A stretch of DNA of 63,506 bases from an uncultured Lachnoclostridium sp. (lineage in GTDB: Bacteria > Bacillota > Clostridia > Lachnospirales > Lachnospiraceae). The position numbers were made by a program, and so were the translations under genes. Shown in pieces: positions 27,957-36,929 of the stretch (within the stretch, counting starts at the first letter, position 1; every line of letters begins with the position of its first letter). The stretch covers positions 1 to 63,506 of the forward strand of contig CAZWLV010000001.1 of assembly GCA_964634715.1 (NCBI GenBank), read 5' to 3'. The notes beneath the pieces were generated by a model that made no database searches, was not told where the DNA came from, and was given only the letters and a program-made list of their open reading frames with translations.

Positions 27957-27994
27957 GCAATGCAAGCCCTCTTTTTATGGAGAGCTTGCATTGC
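27957..27994. other. perfect 11-bp stem-loop in the tagH-tagF intergenic gap
   Basis: GCAATGCAAGC - 16-nt loop - GCTTGCATTGC, lying 3 nt from the tagH stop. There is no clean U-tract on the transcribed (minus) strand. Confidence 0.4.
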
Positions 27995-27996
27995 AG

Positions 27997-28752
27997 TTAA
28001 TCGATCATTTCTTTATAAATTTTTGATACCTTTTCTATATCACCTTCTGCGATCAAAGTTCCCTTCTGTAAAAGGATCGCTTTATCACAAAGTCTCTGAA
28101 CCTGTTCCAGAGAATGTGAAACAAAAATAACGGTCACTCCTCTTTCAAACATATCCATGATCTTCTTTTCACTTTTCTTACGGAACTTCGCATCTCCTAC
28201 GGATAATACTTCATCCAGAATGAGAATATCCGGATCTGCGATGGTCGCAATGGAAAATCCCAGTCTTGCTTTCATACCGGAAGAATAATTTTTCAGCGGA
28301 ACGTCGATGAATTTTTCCAGTTCTGAAAATGCAACGATCTCATCGTATTTTTCTTCCAGATATTTTTTGGAATATCCAAGAACACTTCCGTATAAGAAAA
28401 TATTTTCCCTGCCGGTATACTGCTGGTCAAATCCGGCTCCCAGTTCCAGAAGCGGTGCGATCACTCCTTTGTGTGTCACAGAACCTTCGGAAGGCTTATA
28501 CACTCCGCAGATGATCTTTAACAATGTACTTTTTCCGGCACCATTCAGTCCCAAAACTCCAAGGCGCTCTCCTTTTTTTATAGAAAAAGAAACGTTTCTT
28601 AACGCCCAGAATTCATCGTACATTAATTCCTTTTTCAGAAATTTGATCACATATTCTTTCAGGCTGTCCACTTTTTCTTTGCTCAGATTAAATTTTATCC
28701 CAACGTCTTTTAACTCAATCACGTTTTCTTCCATGTTGAATTCCCTTTCCAT
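27997..28752 (-). CDS. tagH: teichoic-acid/polysaccharide export ABC transporter, ATP-binding protein
   Basis: Walker A GLNGAGKST, signature YSSGMKARLGF, Walker B ILILDE. Sits next to the ABC-2 permease. An alternative start is at 28734. Confidence 0.85.
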   Translation of the reverse strand: MEREFNMEENVIELKDVGIKFNLSKEKVDSLKEYVIKFLKKELMYDEFWALRNVSFSIKKGERLGVLGLNGAGKSTLLKIICGVYKPSEGSVTHKGVIAPLLELGAGFDQQYTGRENIFLYGSVLGYSKKYLEEKYDEIVAFSELEKFIDVPLKNYSSGMKARLGFSIATIADPDILILDEVLSVGDAKFRKKSEKKIMDMFERGVTVIFVSHSLEQVQRLCDKAILLQKGTLIAEGDIEKVSKIYKEMID

Positions 28753-28758
28753 TCCATC

Positions 28759-29544
28759 CTAGATGTGTAAAATAAATTCATCTTCTTTCTTTCGGAATAC
28801 CACAATTCCGATCACCAGTGCAACTACTGAAAATCCGAATGCATACACAATATGCCACATTTTGATCGTTGTACCGAAAATACAGTTTCTAAACAATGCA
28901 ATGATGCAGTACAGCGGATTCAGATCCAGTACCCAGCCCAGTCCTGCATTGATAAAGCGATCCGGATAATAGAAGATCGCACACATATACATTACAAGTG
29001 TTAATCCAACATCCCAAAGATATTCCATATCTCTAAAATACACTCCCATGGTCGCAAGGATCATTCCCACACCAAGGGAAAACAGGAGCAGTAAAAATAA
29101 CGGGATCCCGATATAAAGGATCTTATAAGTCGGCCATACTCCCAGTACCAGTGCAGTTCCCATCAGTACGATCAAAGAAAATCCAAAGATCACATACGTA
29201 TAAAGTACTCCGGAAAGCGGGTACAGATATTTTGGTACATACACTTTGTTGATCATTCCCGAATTTGAACGGATCGACCGAAGTGCCGCTTTGGTTGCCT
29301 GCGAAAAGCAGGTATATAAGATACGACCTGATAAAATATAGATCGGATAAGTTTTATCTGTATTTCCGAAAAGAGTACCAAACACAAAGGTAAGAACGAT
29401 CATGTTTAACAACGGTTCTAACATTGTCCAGATGATTCCAAGATAAGATCTTCTGTATTTCAGCACGATTCCTTTTTTTACAAGTTCTGAAAGTAAAAAC
29501 CTGTATCGAAAGAATTCCTGAAATGATTCTTTTAAATTCTTCAT
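28759..29544 (-). CDS. tagG: teichoic-acid/polysaccharide export ABC-2 permease
   Basis: Six predicted TM helices and an ABC-2 type N-terminus (FRYRFLLSELVKKGIVLKYRRSYLGIIW). The ATG at 29544 forms an ATGA overlap with the upstream stop. Confidence 0.85.
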   Translation of the reverse strand: MKNLKESFQEFFRYRFLLSELVKKGIVLKYRRSYLGIIWTMLEPLLNMIVLTFVFGTLFGNTDKTYPIYILSGRILYTCFSQATKAALRSIRSNSGMINKVYVPKYLYPLSGVLYTYVIFGFSLIVLMGTALVLGVWPTYKILYIGIPLFLLLLFSLGVGMILATMGVYFRDMEYLWDVGLTLVMYMCAIFYYPDRFINAGLGWVLDLNPLYCIIALFRNCIFGTTIKMWHIVYAFGFSVVALVIGIVVFRKKEDEFILHI

Positions 29545-31127
29545 TTTTTCCTCCATTTCAAACAAACCTGCCTTATAGAATAACACACTCTATAAAAACA
29601 TTCAAGAATAAGCTCTGCCAAGCCGGGTTTTGTCAGTTCATACACCCTGTCCATATCCTGGATCCGGATCATCGGTGCTTCTTTCTGGCAGATGATCTCT
29701 TCTTTTTGAAAAAGGTGATCTGCCTGAAAAGATTCTTCCAGCTCCCACTGCTCTTTTTTCCGGACAAAAAAGCTTTTTTCCAAAATATACCCTGCAAATC
29801 CTGACAACGGTTCTGACGAAACGATCTTCACACGGATTCCATGACATTTTTTCTTCTGAAAGAGCTGATATGCTTTTGCAAGCGTATCATGATCAAAGAT
29901 CACATCCTGATCGATCAGCATCACATTCGTTCCAGCTTCTTTTTCTGCCGCTTCAAACCATGTTTTTTCTGTATTTCCTAATTCTGCAAATCTCAGGTTT
30001 TCTTTTCTTTTCCATGTTTCTGAGATAAAATCTCTGTATTTTTCATCGATCAGTACCAAAAATGCCGGAACTGCCTGTCCATAGATGCTTTTTAAAATGC
30101 TCTCTGCCTGTCCTTCCGAAACCTTCGGTGTGATCACGATACAAAACAAGGGCTCTTTTAACAACTGTTCTTTTGAACGCAGTCCTTTTCCAAGTTCCAG
30201 TCCCGGATGAGAATTTATCGTTCTTTTTTGATAAGATTCCGGCTGTTTATTTAAAATATTTCCTGCATAACTGATGAGCAGTTTTTCTGTCTGTGCATCT
30301 AAAGACCATATTTTCTTATAATAATCTCCGATCAGTGTGGTACTGTTGATCCGGTAAGTCAATTCCTGTTGAAATTCTTCTGAATACCCTACCGTCAGTT
30401 CCTGTAACCGTTCATAGGCTCTGATGGCATCTTCGAGCAGCCCTTTTTCCACTTTCTGCGTCACTGAACCGCCATTTACCGGAACACGTTTCCAATAATC
30501 ATAGACAATGGCATCACAGTATCGGATTTTTTCTGCATGCTGAAGAAACGCATATAGAAAAACACCGTCTTCCAGATGTCTGAACTTTTCCAGCCGAAGC
30601 TGATGTGTTTCTATCACCTGTCTTAAAAACCATTTATTGCACAAAGACAATCCATGTACCAGATCCAGATCATCTTTTCTGATCTCTTTTTTATATTTTA
30701 GATTTTTCGTTCTCTGGTTTACTTTTTTAGTAAATCCGTCAATCCTGCGGATTCCGCCGATCAAAAGCTCCGGCTCATATCTTTTTGCCGTTTCCGCCAT
30801 TTTTTTCAAGGAATCTTCCGGAAGTGTATCATCTCCGTCAACGAATGTGACATATCGTCCTTCTGCGATTTCCAGTGCAGCATTTCTTGCGGCACTGACG
30901 CCTCTGTTTTCCTGATCTATATTTTTGAAACGATGATCTTTTTTTGTGAATTTTTTTATGATCTCTCCGCTTTGATCTGTCGATCCGTCATTTACTATAA
31001 TAACTTCGAAGTCCTGATATTCCTGTTTTTCCAAAGAATGCAGTGTTTCTTCCAGATATGCAGCATTGTTATAAACGGGAATGATCACGGAAACCATCAG
31101 TTTTTCCTGTCTGATCTCTTTGCTCAT
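29541..31127 (-). CDS. family 2 glycosyltransferase with a second, degenerate GT2-like domain
   Basis: VSVIIPVYNNAAYL, VNDGSTDQS, VDGDDTL. The C-terminal half repeats the pattern weakly (FCIVITPKVSEG...LIDQDVIFD). Start at ATG 31127 with an AGGAG RBS. Confidence 0.75.
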   Translation of the reverse strand: MSKEIRQEKLMVSVIIPVYNNAAYLEETLHSLEKQEYQDFEVIIVNDGSTDQSGEIIKKFTKKDHRFKNIDQENRGVSAARNAALEIAEGRYVTFVDGDDTLPEDSLKKMAETAKRYEPELLIGGIRRIDGFTKKVNQRTKNLKYKKEIRKDDLDLVHGLSLCNKWFLRQVIETHQLRLEKFRHLEDGVFLYAFLQHAEKIRYCDAIVYDYWKRVPVNGGSVTQKVEKGLLEDAIRAYERLQELTVGYSEEFQQELTYRINSTTLIGDYYKKIWSLDAQTEKLLISYAGNILNKQPESYQKRTINSHPGLELGKGLRSKEQLLKEPLFCIVITPKVSEGQAESILKSIYGQAVPAFLVLIDEKYRDFISETWKRKENLRFAELGNTEKTWFEAAEKEAGTNVMLIDQDVIFDHDTLAKAYQLFQKKKCHGIRVKIVSSEPLSGFAGYILEKSFFVRKKEQWELEESFQADHLFQKEEIICQKEAPMIRIQDMDRVYELTKPGLAELILECFYRVCYSIRQVCLKWRKK

Positions 31128-31134
31128 GATATTT

Positions 31135-32814
31135 TTACTCCTGCTGATGGGAAAGCGTTCTTTTCCCATAAATGATCTCGTCAATGATCCGGTCACAGGC
31201 ATGTCCGTCATATCCTTCAAAATTATCTTTTACAAACTGTTCTGTTTTTTCAAACTCATAATCTTTCGTTTCTAATGCCGTCATCAGCTGTTCAAACGTA
31301 TCACACACTTTTCCCGGTGCATGTTCTTTTACACTTCTGTGTACGCCGCGGAGCAGTTCATAATTTTCTCTGTCATAAGTATAGAAAAGCACCGGCTTTT
31401 TGAGCAGTGCATATTCATAATAGTTCGAAGAATAATCTGTGATCAAAAGATCGGTGATGTAATACAGATCATTGATGTTCGGATACTGTGCAAAATCAAA
31501 GATCCGATCCCTGTAATCTTCCGGAATTTGGATCTTTTCTTTCACAAACGGATGCACCTTGGAAAGAAATACAAATTCATCTTTGCAAAATTCATAGATT
31601 TTTCCAAGATCCAGCTGATCATAATCATAATAGGCTTCCTTTTGCCCTGTCCCACGAAATGTTGGTGCAAAAAGGATCACCTTTTTTCCTTTAAATTCCG
31701 GATACTGTCTGTAAAAAGTTTCCTGAAACTTCTGAATCTTCTCTTTATTTAAAAAATCGTCCAGTCTTGCCATCCCTGTCGGCAGAAATGCCTGCTTTTC
31801 GATTCCAAATACTTCTTCATATACCGGGATCAGTTTTTCTGAACCGACCGTTACATAATCATAAGTTTTATGACAGGAATTTCCCGGATCCGGAGAACCT
31901 GCCTTTCCAAAACGGCTGTAACCTACGGATTTAAAACCTTCCCCTGCATGCCAGACCTGGATCAGTTTTGTCTGATCAGACAGAGTCAGGTAACCGAATA
32001 CCGGTGCATAGTCATCGATAAAGATATAATCGCTTTTTGCGATATAGAAAAGCGTTCTAAGCCAGCTTCTGCATCCATAAGTCTGACTGAGTACTTTTCG
32101 GAAAGAATAAAGGAACGTATACTCCTGATCCATTTTTCTTTCTCTCATACGCTCTTCAATATATTTTAAATTTCCCCAAAGGCTGTCTCTTGTCTCCGAC
32201 ATCAACAGGATCGTCTTCCCTTTTTTCGGGAAGATATGATCCAGCAGCCGGTACGTCGCACGGATCATTTTCAGTGCCATCCATTTGGCAGCAGCTTTTG
32301 CTTTTCCTTTCAAAGTATCTGCTTCTGCCAGATGATCTCGCTTCCTCCACGACGGATTTACCTTCATAAAATAACTGTGAATGCACAGTTCCAGTGTTTC
32401 TTCCTCCGATGTGCTTAAAGAAAAAAACACATTATAAGAATATCGTTGTTCTCCATAAGGAAAGATCCTGCTTTTGGAATCCAGCTCATACCCCAGAGCA
32501 TTGACAATGCTGGTCTTACAAAATCCTTCCGGTATCAGAACCCCTAATTTCCAGATGCCATTTTCCAGAAAACTTCTTCCGTGAGCAGCCGCCATATTGA
32601 CCGTGATCTCATAACCGCCGTCTTTTTGCTCTGCCTGTGAAAGCAGCACCTGCTCCGTACCTATTTTTCCTGCTTTTTTCTTTTTTTCTTCCTGCTCTTT
32701 GATCAGCACAAACTGCAGAGTTCCCTCATAATCCGTCTGTACTTTCAGGTGTAAAAAAATCCTTTCCCACACCAGATCTACGATCTGAAAATGATATTTT
32801 TTACATAAATTCAT
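31135..32814 (-). CDS. CDP-glycerol/ribitol phosphotransferase family protein (TagB/TagF-like)
   Basis: 559 aa. LFAPTFRG, VHPFV, ITDYSSNYYEYALLKKPVLFYTYD. ATGA overlap with the upstream gene. Confidence 0.8.
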   Translation of the reverse strand: MNLCKKYHFQIVDLVWERIFLHLKVQTDYEGTLQFVLIKEQEEKKKKAGKIGTEQVLLSQAEQKDGGYEITVNMAAAHGRSFLENGIWKLGVLIPEGFCKTSIVNALGYELDSKSRIFPYGEQRYSYNVFFSLSTSEEETLELCIHSYFMKVNPSWRKRDHLAEADTLKGKAKAAAKWMALKMIRATYRLLDHIFPKKGKTILLMSETRDSLWGNLKYIEERMRERKMDQEYTFLYSFRKVLSQTYGCRSWLRTLFYIAKSDYIFIDDYAPVFGYLTLSDQTKLIQVWHAGEGFKSVGYSRFGKAGSPDPGNSCHKTYDYVTVGSEKLIPVYEEVFGIEKQAFLPTGMARLDDFLNKEKIQKFQETFYRQYPEFKGKKVILFAPTFRGTGQKEAYYDYDQLDLGKIYEFCKDEFVFLSKVHPFVKEKIQIPEDYRDRIFDFAQYPNINDLYYITDLLITDYSSNYYEYALLKKPVLFYTYDRENYELLRGVHRSVKEHAPGKVCDTFEQLMTALETKDYEFEKTEQFVKDNFEGYDGHACDRIIDEIIYGKRTLSHQQE

Positions 32815-33896
32815 ACATCTTTGCCTCTTTTAGCATCTTCTTCCAAGCTTTTTAATAACCGCTCTGCCATTTCTGACAGATCCTTTTGCGGTTTCCAGCC
32901 CAGTGCCATCAGTTTTTCAGAATTCAATTTTAAAATGCTGTCCGGTGCATAACCAAGATTAGCCGAAGTTTCCGGAATTTCAAACCTGAGCTCACACTTT
33001 CCTGATCTGTCAAATTTTAGGAACGTTTCCGCAAGTCCTCTAATGCTGCAAAACGTATCCATATGGGCAACATTATACGGCTGTCCTTTTTCTCCTTTTA
33101 AAAGGAGCAGCAGGATCGCTGCCACCGCATCACTCGTATAACAGTAACAGTTGGCTTTTTCCCCTTTGGTATGAAGAACGATGTCTTCCCCTTTTTGTAC
33201 ACTTCTTGCAAACTGTGCAAATACCCTGTTTTCTTCTTTTGAGATTCCGGCTCCAAACGTCTGTGCCAGTCTGGCAATCTTTACATTTACTCCGTATTCT
33301 GCTGCATAGGCCGCACAAAGACTTTCCGCCATTCTCTTACCTTCTGCATACCCGTTACGGATATTGGTAAGATCGATCCAGCCAAGATCTTCTTCCCGTA
33401 CTTCTCCCTGTTTTGGATCTACCATGCCATAGGCTTCCATAGAAGAAAGATAAACAACACCTTCCATCTGACACGCAGATGCAAAATCCAGCATATGACG
33501 GGTTCCTTCTACCGTAGTCATGATCGTCTCTACCGGCTTTTCTACCATCATCTTAGATGTCGTAATGCTCGCCCCATGGATCAGAAAATCTGCATAAAGT
33601 TCTTCCGGTACTGCACTGCATACATCCTGACTACAGATCAGCAGTTTTTCTTCTTCTATCCCTGAAAATAGATTCTTTGCTTTGTCCACGTTTCTGACCA
33701 GTGCAAGGATCTGGCAATGCAGATCATACTCCCGCTCTGCCTCCAAAAGTGTATAGATCACACTTCTTCCGATCAGCCCTGTGGCTCCCGTCACTGCAAT
33801 CTTTTTATCACGGAACCGCTCCCACGGAATCCAGTCAGCTTTTACTACACTTTGGATATCTTCTTTTTGAATACTGCTGATCTTATCTTTACTCAT
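32811..33896 (-). CDS. extended-SDR NAD(P)-dependent reductase/epimerase (candidate CDP-ketopentose or pentulose-5-P reductase)
   Basis: VTGATGLIGRS Rossmann motif and YAEGKRMAE (YxxxK). Overlaps the upstream cytidylyltransferase gene by 8 nt. Confidence 0.7.
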   Translation of the reverse strand: MSKDKISSIQKEDIQSVVKADWIPWERFRDKKIAVTGATGLIGRSVIYTLLEAEREYDLHCQILALVRNVDKAKNLFSGIEEEKLLICSQDVCSAVPEELYADFLIHGASITTSKMMVEKPVETIMTTVEGTRHMLDFASACQMEGVVYLSSMEAYGMVDPKQGEVREEDLGWIDLTNIRNGYAEGKRMAESLCAAYAAEYGVNVKIARLAQTFGAGISKEENRVFAQFARSVQKGEDIVLHTKGEKANCYCYTSDAVAAILLLLLKGEKGQPYNVAHMDTFCSIRGLAETFLKFDRSGKCELRFEIPETSANLGYAPDSILKLNSEKLMALGWKPQKDLSEMAERLLKSLEEDAKRGKDV

Positions 33897-34680
33897 TTTC
33901 CACGCCTTCGTTTCTTTTATAATAATTGATCTTAGAGCGCATCTTATCGGTCAGCCCAAAACCAAATGCCTGCTCATTTTCCTGATAATTTAACAATGCA
34001 CGGAACATATAGACATCGATCGGAGTCGTAACTTTGATATTTCCCCGATTTCCTTCTACAAGATGCGGTTCTTTCCCGATCACCTTCATCAGCGTACAGG
34101 AATCTACGATATCCGTATACTCCGGATCTTCTTTACGGATCTTTTCATGAGCTTCCAAAATATCTTTCAGATAAAAACTCTGCGGTGCCTGTGCCGTATA
34201 ACATTCCTTTCTTGCCGGAATGCTCTCTACCATATTTCCGCCGTCTTTACTGATCAGCACCGTTTCATAACACAGATTGGAAGTGACCGCACTTCCGTAT
34301 TTTTTTACTGCCGCAATATTCTTTGAGATCACATCATATCCGACAAAAGGACGGACACCATCATGGATCAGAACGATGGAATCGTCCGGATTTTCTTTCT
34401 TTACTTCCCGTAAAATATGATATACCGAATCCATCGCTGATCTGCCGCCATTCACGACACCTTTGAGCTTTGTAATATGAAATTCTGCTGCCAATGCTTT
34501 TACATAAGATTGGTAATCCTCCAATACAGCCAGATAAATCTTATCAATTTCATGATGCATTTCAAACATCCGAAGCGTATGGATCAGGATCGGTTTTCCA
34601 TCAATTTCCAAAAACTGTTTTGGTACTCCTGCTCCCATTCTGACACCGCTTCCACCTGCAAAAATCACTGCAATATTCAT
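33889..34680 (-). CDS. IspD/TarI-family sugar(alditol)-phosphate cytidylyltransferase
   Basis: MNIAVIFAGGSGVRMGAGVPKQFLEIDGKPIL and IHDGVRP. Sits among TagF-like genes, not MEP-pathway genes. Confidence 0.8.
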   Translation of the reverse strand: MNIAVIFAGGSGVRMGAGVPKQFLEIDGKPILIHTLRMFEMHHEIDKIYLAVLEDYQSYVKALAAEFHITKLKGVVNGGRSAMDSVYHILREVKKENPDDSIVLIHDGVRPFVGYDVISKNIAAVKKYGSAVTSNLCYETVLISKDGGNMVESIPARKECYTAQAPQSFYLKDILEAHEKIRKEDPEYTDIVDSCTLMKVIGKEPHLVEGNRGNIKVTTPIDVYMFRALLNYQENEQAFGFGLTDKMRSKINYYKRNEGVENE

Positions 34681-34734
34681 TTTTCTTTCTCCGTTACAAA
34701 TATGCTTGTATTCCTGTTGCTTTCCGATAACTTT

Positions 34735-35844
34735 CTATAATCCCAGATACTGTAAGATCCGTTTCGTTACTTTTCCATCACAGGACGCAATGTGCAGATC
34801 ATATTGTGCTTTGATCCAGCCCTGATCCTGATCCGATAATGCCTGTAAAACATTTTCTTTTAAATCTTCTTCCTTTGTCACGATATACGGACTTAAACTT
34901 TCGTAATCTACATAAAAACCACGTTTTTTGACATATTCTTCCAGATCCGGTGCAAACAGTACATAAGGTTTCTGAAAGAAAAGATAATCAAACAATACGG
35001 AAGAATAGTCCGTGATCATCAGATCGGCAACCGGCAAAAGCTGTTCTGTCGGGATCTCACAATTCGATAATGCATATCTTGCTTCGACATGAGGATGAAC
35101 CTTTCTGATCACAAAATAATCTTTTCCCAGTTCTTTTTCCAGTTTTAAAACTGCCTCTGTCCCTTCCTGTTTTGGATCTGCTGCATTTCCGCGAAATGTC
35201 GGTGCCCACAAAACGATCTTTTTCCCGACAGCCTGAGGATATCTTTCATAAAACTGCTTACGGCAGTTATCGATCCATTCCGTATCAAAATAAGTATCCG
35301 TTCTGCTGACTCCCAAGGCTTTCACGATCCCGTTTTTCTGATGCATTGCACTTGTCAGATGCGGCACCACTGCCGGTGAACTGACTGTTACCAGATCATA
35401 ATTTTTATAAACATTTCCAATATAATACTTCGGAATATCTTCTCCCGTATCATATCCCATTTTTTTCAAAAGACCACAGGAATGCCACAGCTGCACCACT
35501 TTAGTCTTCGGACTTTTCCGACAGGAAATGACCGGAAAAAAATTATCACAGATAAATACGACCTTTGCCTGTGCATAAAGTTTCATAAAATGTACTGCCT
35601 TAAAAAAAGATGCCGGCTGGGAGATCTTCGTATCATCATAAAGTTCCAAAATGATGGGAACGTCCTTCTCTTTGAGCTCTTCATATACATTTTTCATACT
35701 ATAAGGCAGTGTTTCATGTCTTGCATCTGCAAACAGGATCAGTTCCGGCTCTTTTCTTCCATAAACGATCCGCCAAAAATCATATACCAGCGGCAATACC
35801 AGATGCTGCAGACCCATTTTTATCAACTGTTTTATTACAAACAT
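34735..35844 (-). CDS. CDP-glycerol/ribitol phosphotransferase family protein (TagB/TarL-like)
   Basis: LWAPTFRGN, VHPHV, ITDYSSVLFDYLFFQKPYVLF. The track ORF reaches 35913. The ATG at 35844 has an AGAGGA RBS and fits the predicted promoter. Confidence 0.8.
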   Translation of the reverse strand: MFVIKQLIKMGLQHLVLPLVYDFWRIVYGRKEPELILFADARHETLPYSMKNVYEELKEKDVPIILELYDDTKISQPASFFKAVHFMKLYAQAKVVFICDNFFPVISCRKSPKTKVVQLWHSCGLLKKMGYDTGEDIPKYYIGNVYKNYDLVTVSSPAVVPHLTSAMHQKNGIVKALGVSRTDTYFDTEWIDNCRKQFYERYPQAVGKKIVLWAPTFRGNAADPKQEGTEAVLKLEKELGKDYFVIRKVHPHVEARYALSNCEIPTEQLLPVADLMITDYSSVLFDYLFFQKPYVLFAPDLEEYVKKRGFYVDYESLSPYIVTKEEDLKENVLQALSDQDQGWIKAQYDLHIASCDGKVTKRILQYLGL

Positions 35845-35924
35845 TCTTTTCCTCTTTTCGATGGCATCTCCCGTCTTTTCTGAATGCCAAAATACGGGCA
35901 TACCAGTCCACAATATTACTTTTC

Positions 35925-35953
35925 AGTATAACAAATTTCTTTCTGACTGTCTA
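35925..35953 (-). promoter_or_regulatory. candidate promoter for the alditol-phosphate module
   Basis: On the minus strand: -35 TAGACA, 17-nt spacer, extended -10 TGtTATACT. Confidence 0.4.
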
Positions 35954-35969
35954 TTTGAAACTGCCTTCC

Positions 35970-35998
35970 TTGCGAAACTGTCCAAAACATGTTATGCT
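35970..35998 (+). promoter_or_regulatory. candidate promoter for the plus-strand GT2 gene
   Basis: -35 TTGCGA, 17-nt spacer, extended -10 TGtTATGCT. The GGAGG RBS is at 36011-36015. Confidence 0.4.
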
Positions 35999-36022
35999 TA
36001 AGATATTCTGGAGGAAAATGCA

Positions 36023-36778
36023 ATGTCAAACGAAGCAGCAGATATTTTCGTATCTGTCATCATTCCGGTATATAACGGTGCATCTTACATTTGCCAGTCT
36101 ATTGAATCTGCTTTATGTCAGCAGGTTCCACTGGAGATCATCGTGATCAATGACCGTTCTACCGATACTACTGAAAAAGTTCTTGAAAAATACCATACCG
36201 ATCCCCGCATACGGTATTTTAAAAATGACCGCAAACTGGGAGCCTCCGGCAGCCGTAACAAAGGAATCCAGTTAGCCAGAGGACGCTATATCGCTTTTCT
36301 TGATGCCGATGACTGGTGGGAACCGGAAAAACTGAAACGCCAGCTGGCTCTTATGGAAAAAGAACAGGCAGTTCTTTGCAGCACTGCAAGACGTCTTGTC
36401 TGTCCTGACGGAACTCCTATGAACAAGATCATTCACGTGCCTTCTAAGATCAGTTACCTGACACTTTTAAAACACAACTGTATCAACTGTTCTTCCGTCC
36501 TTGTTTTAAAAGAAGTTGCTGCGGAATTTCCTATGGAACACGAAGACAGCCACGAAGATTATATTATGTGGTTAAAAATACTCAAAAAATATAAATATGC
36601 CTGTGGGATTGATGAACCGCTGATCAATTACCGGCTGAGTGCTTCCGGAAAATCCGGCAGCAAGATCAAATCTGCAAAAATGACCTTTAAGGCCTACCGC
36701 TATATGGGATTTGGAATTTTCAAATCCGTACTCTGCTTTTGCAGTTATGCGATCCATGGCATTTTAAAATATCACTAA
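36023..36778 (+). CDS. family 2 glycosyltransferase (TuaG-like size and motifs)
   Basis: 251 aa. VSVIIPVYNGASYI, INDRSTDTT, LDADDWWEPEKL. Confidence 0.75.
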   Translation: MSNEAADIFVSVIIPVYNGASYICQSIESALCQQVPLEIIVINDRSTDTTEKVLEKYHTDPRIRYFKNDRKLGASGSRNKGIQLARGRYIAFLDADDWWEPEKLKRQLALMEKEQAVLCSTARRLVCPDGTPMNKIIHVPSKISYLTLLKHNCINCSSVLVLKEVAAEFPMEHEDSHEDYIMWLKILKKYKYACGIDEPLINYRLSASGKSGSKIKSAKMTFKAYRYMGFGIFKSVLCFCSYAIHGILKYH

Positions 36779-36862
36779 ACAGCGATAAAACAGGTTTTAC
36801 AGCTGAGCCAAAGCCATCAGATACAGCTTGCAGGTATCCTGTATTTTTCTCATTTCCTTAAC

Positions 36863-36923
36863 AAAAAACAGATGCGGTATCATAAAGAATGAGCAAAGCT
36901 TTTATGATATCACATCTGTTTTT
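36863..36923. terminator. long bidirectional terminator hairpin
   Basis: A stem of about 18 bp: CAGATGCGGTATCATAAA / TTTATGATATCACATCTG, with one mismatch and one G-T pair. It is flanked by AAAAAA and TTTTT. It lies between convergent genes ending at 36778 (+) and 36930 (-). Confidence 0.7.
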
Positions 36924-36929
36924 ATGAAA

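Noticed and set aside
33889-34680. Annotating the cytidylyltransferase as IspD of the MEP isoprenoid pathway
   Set aside because: It overlaps an SDR reductase gene and is flanked by TagF-family genes. This is the TarI/Bcs1/AbpA-type context, not the ispD-ispF context.
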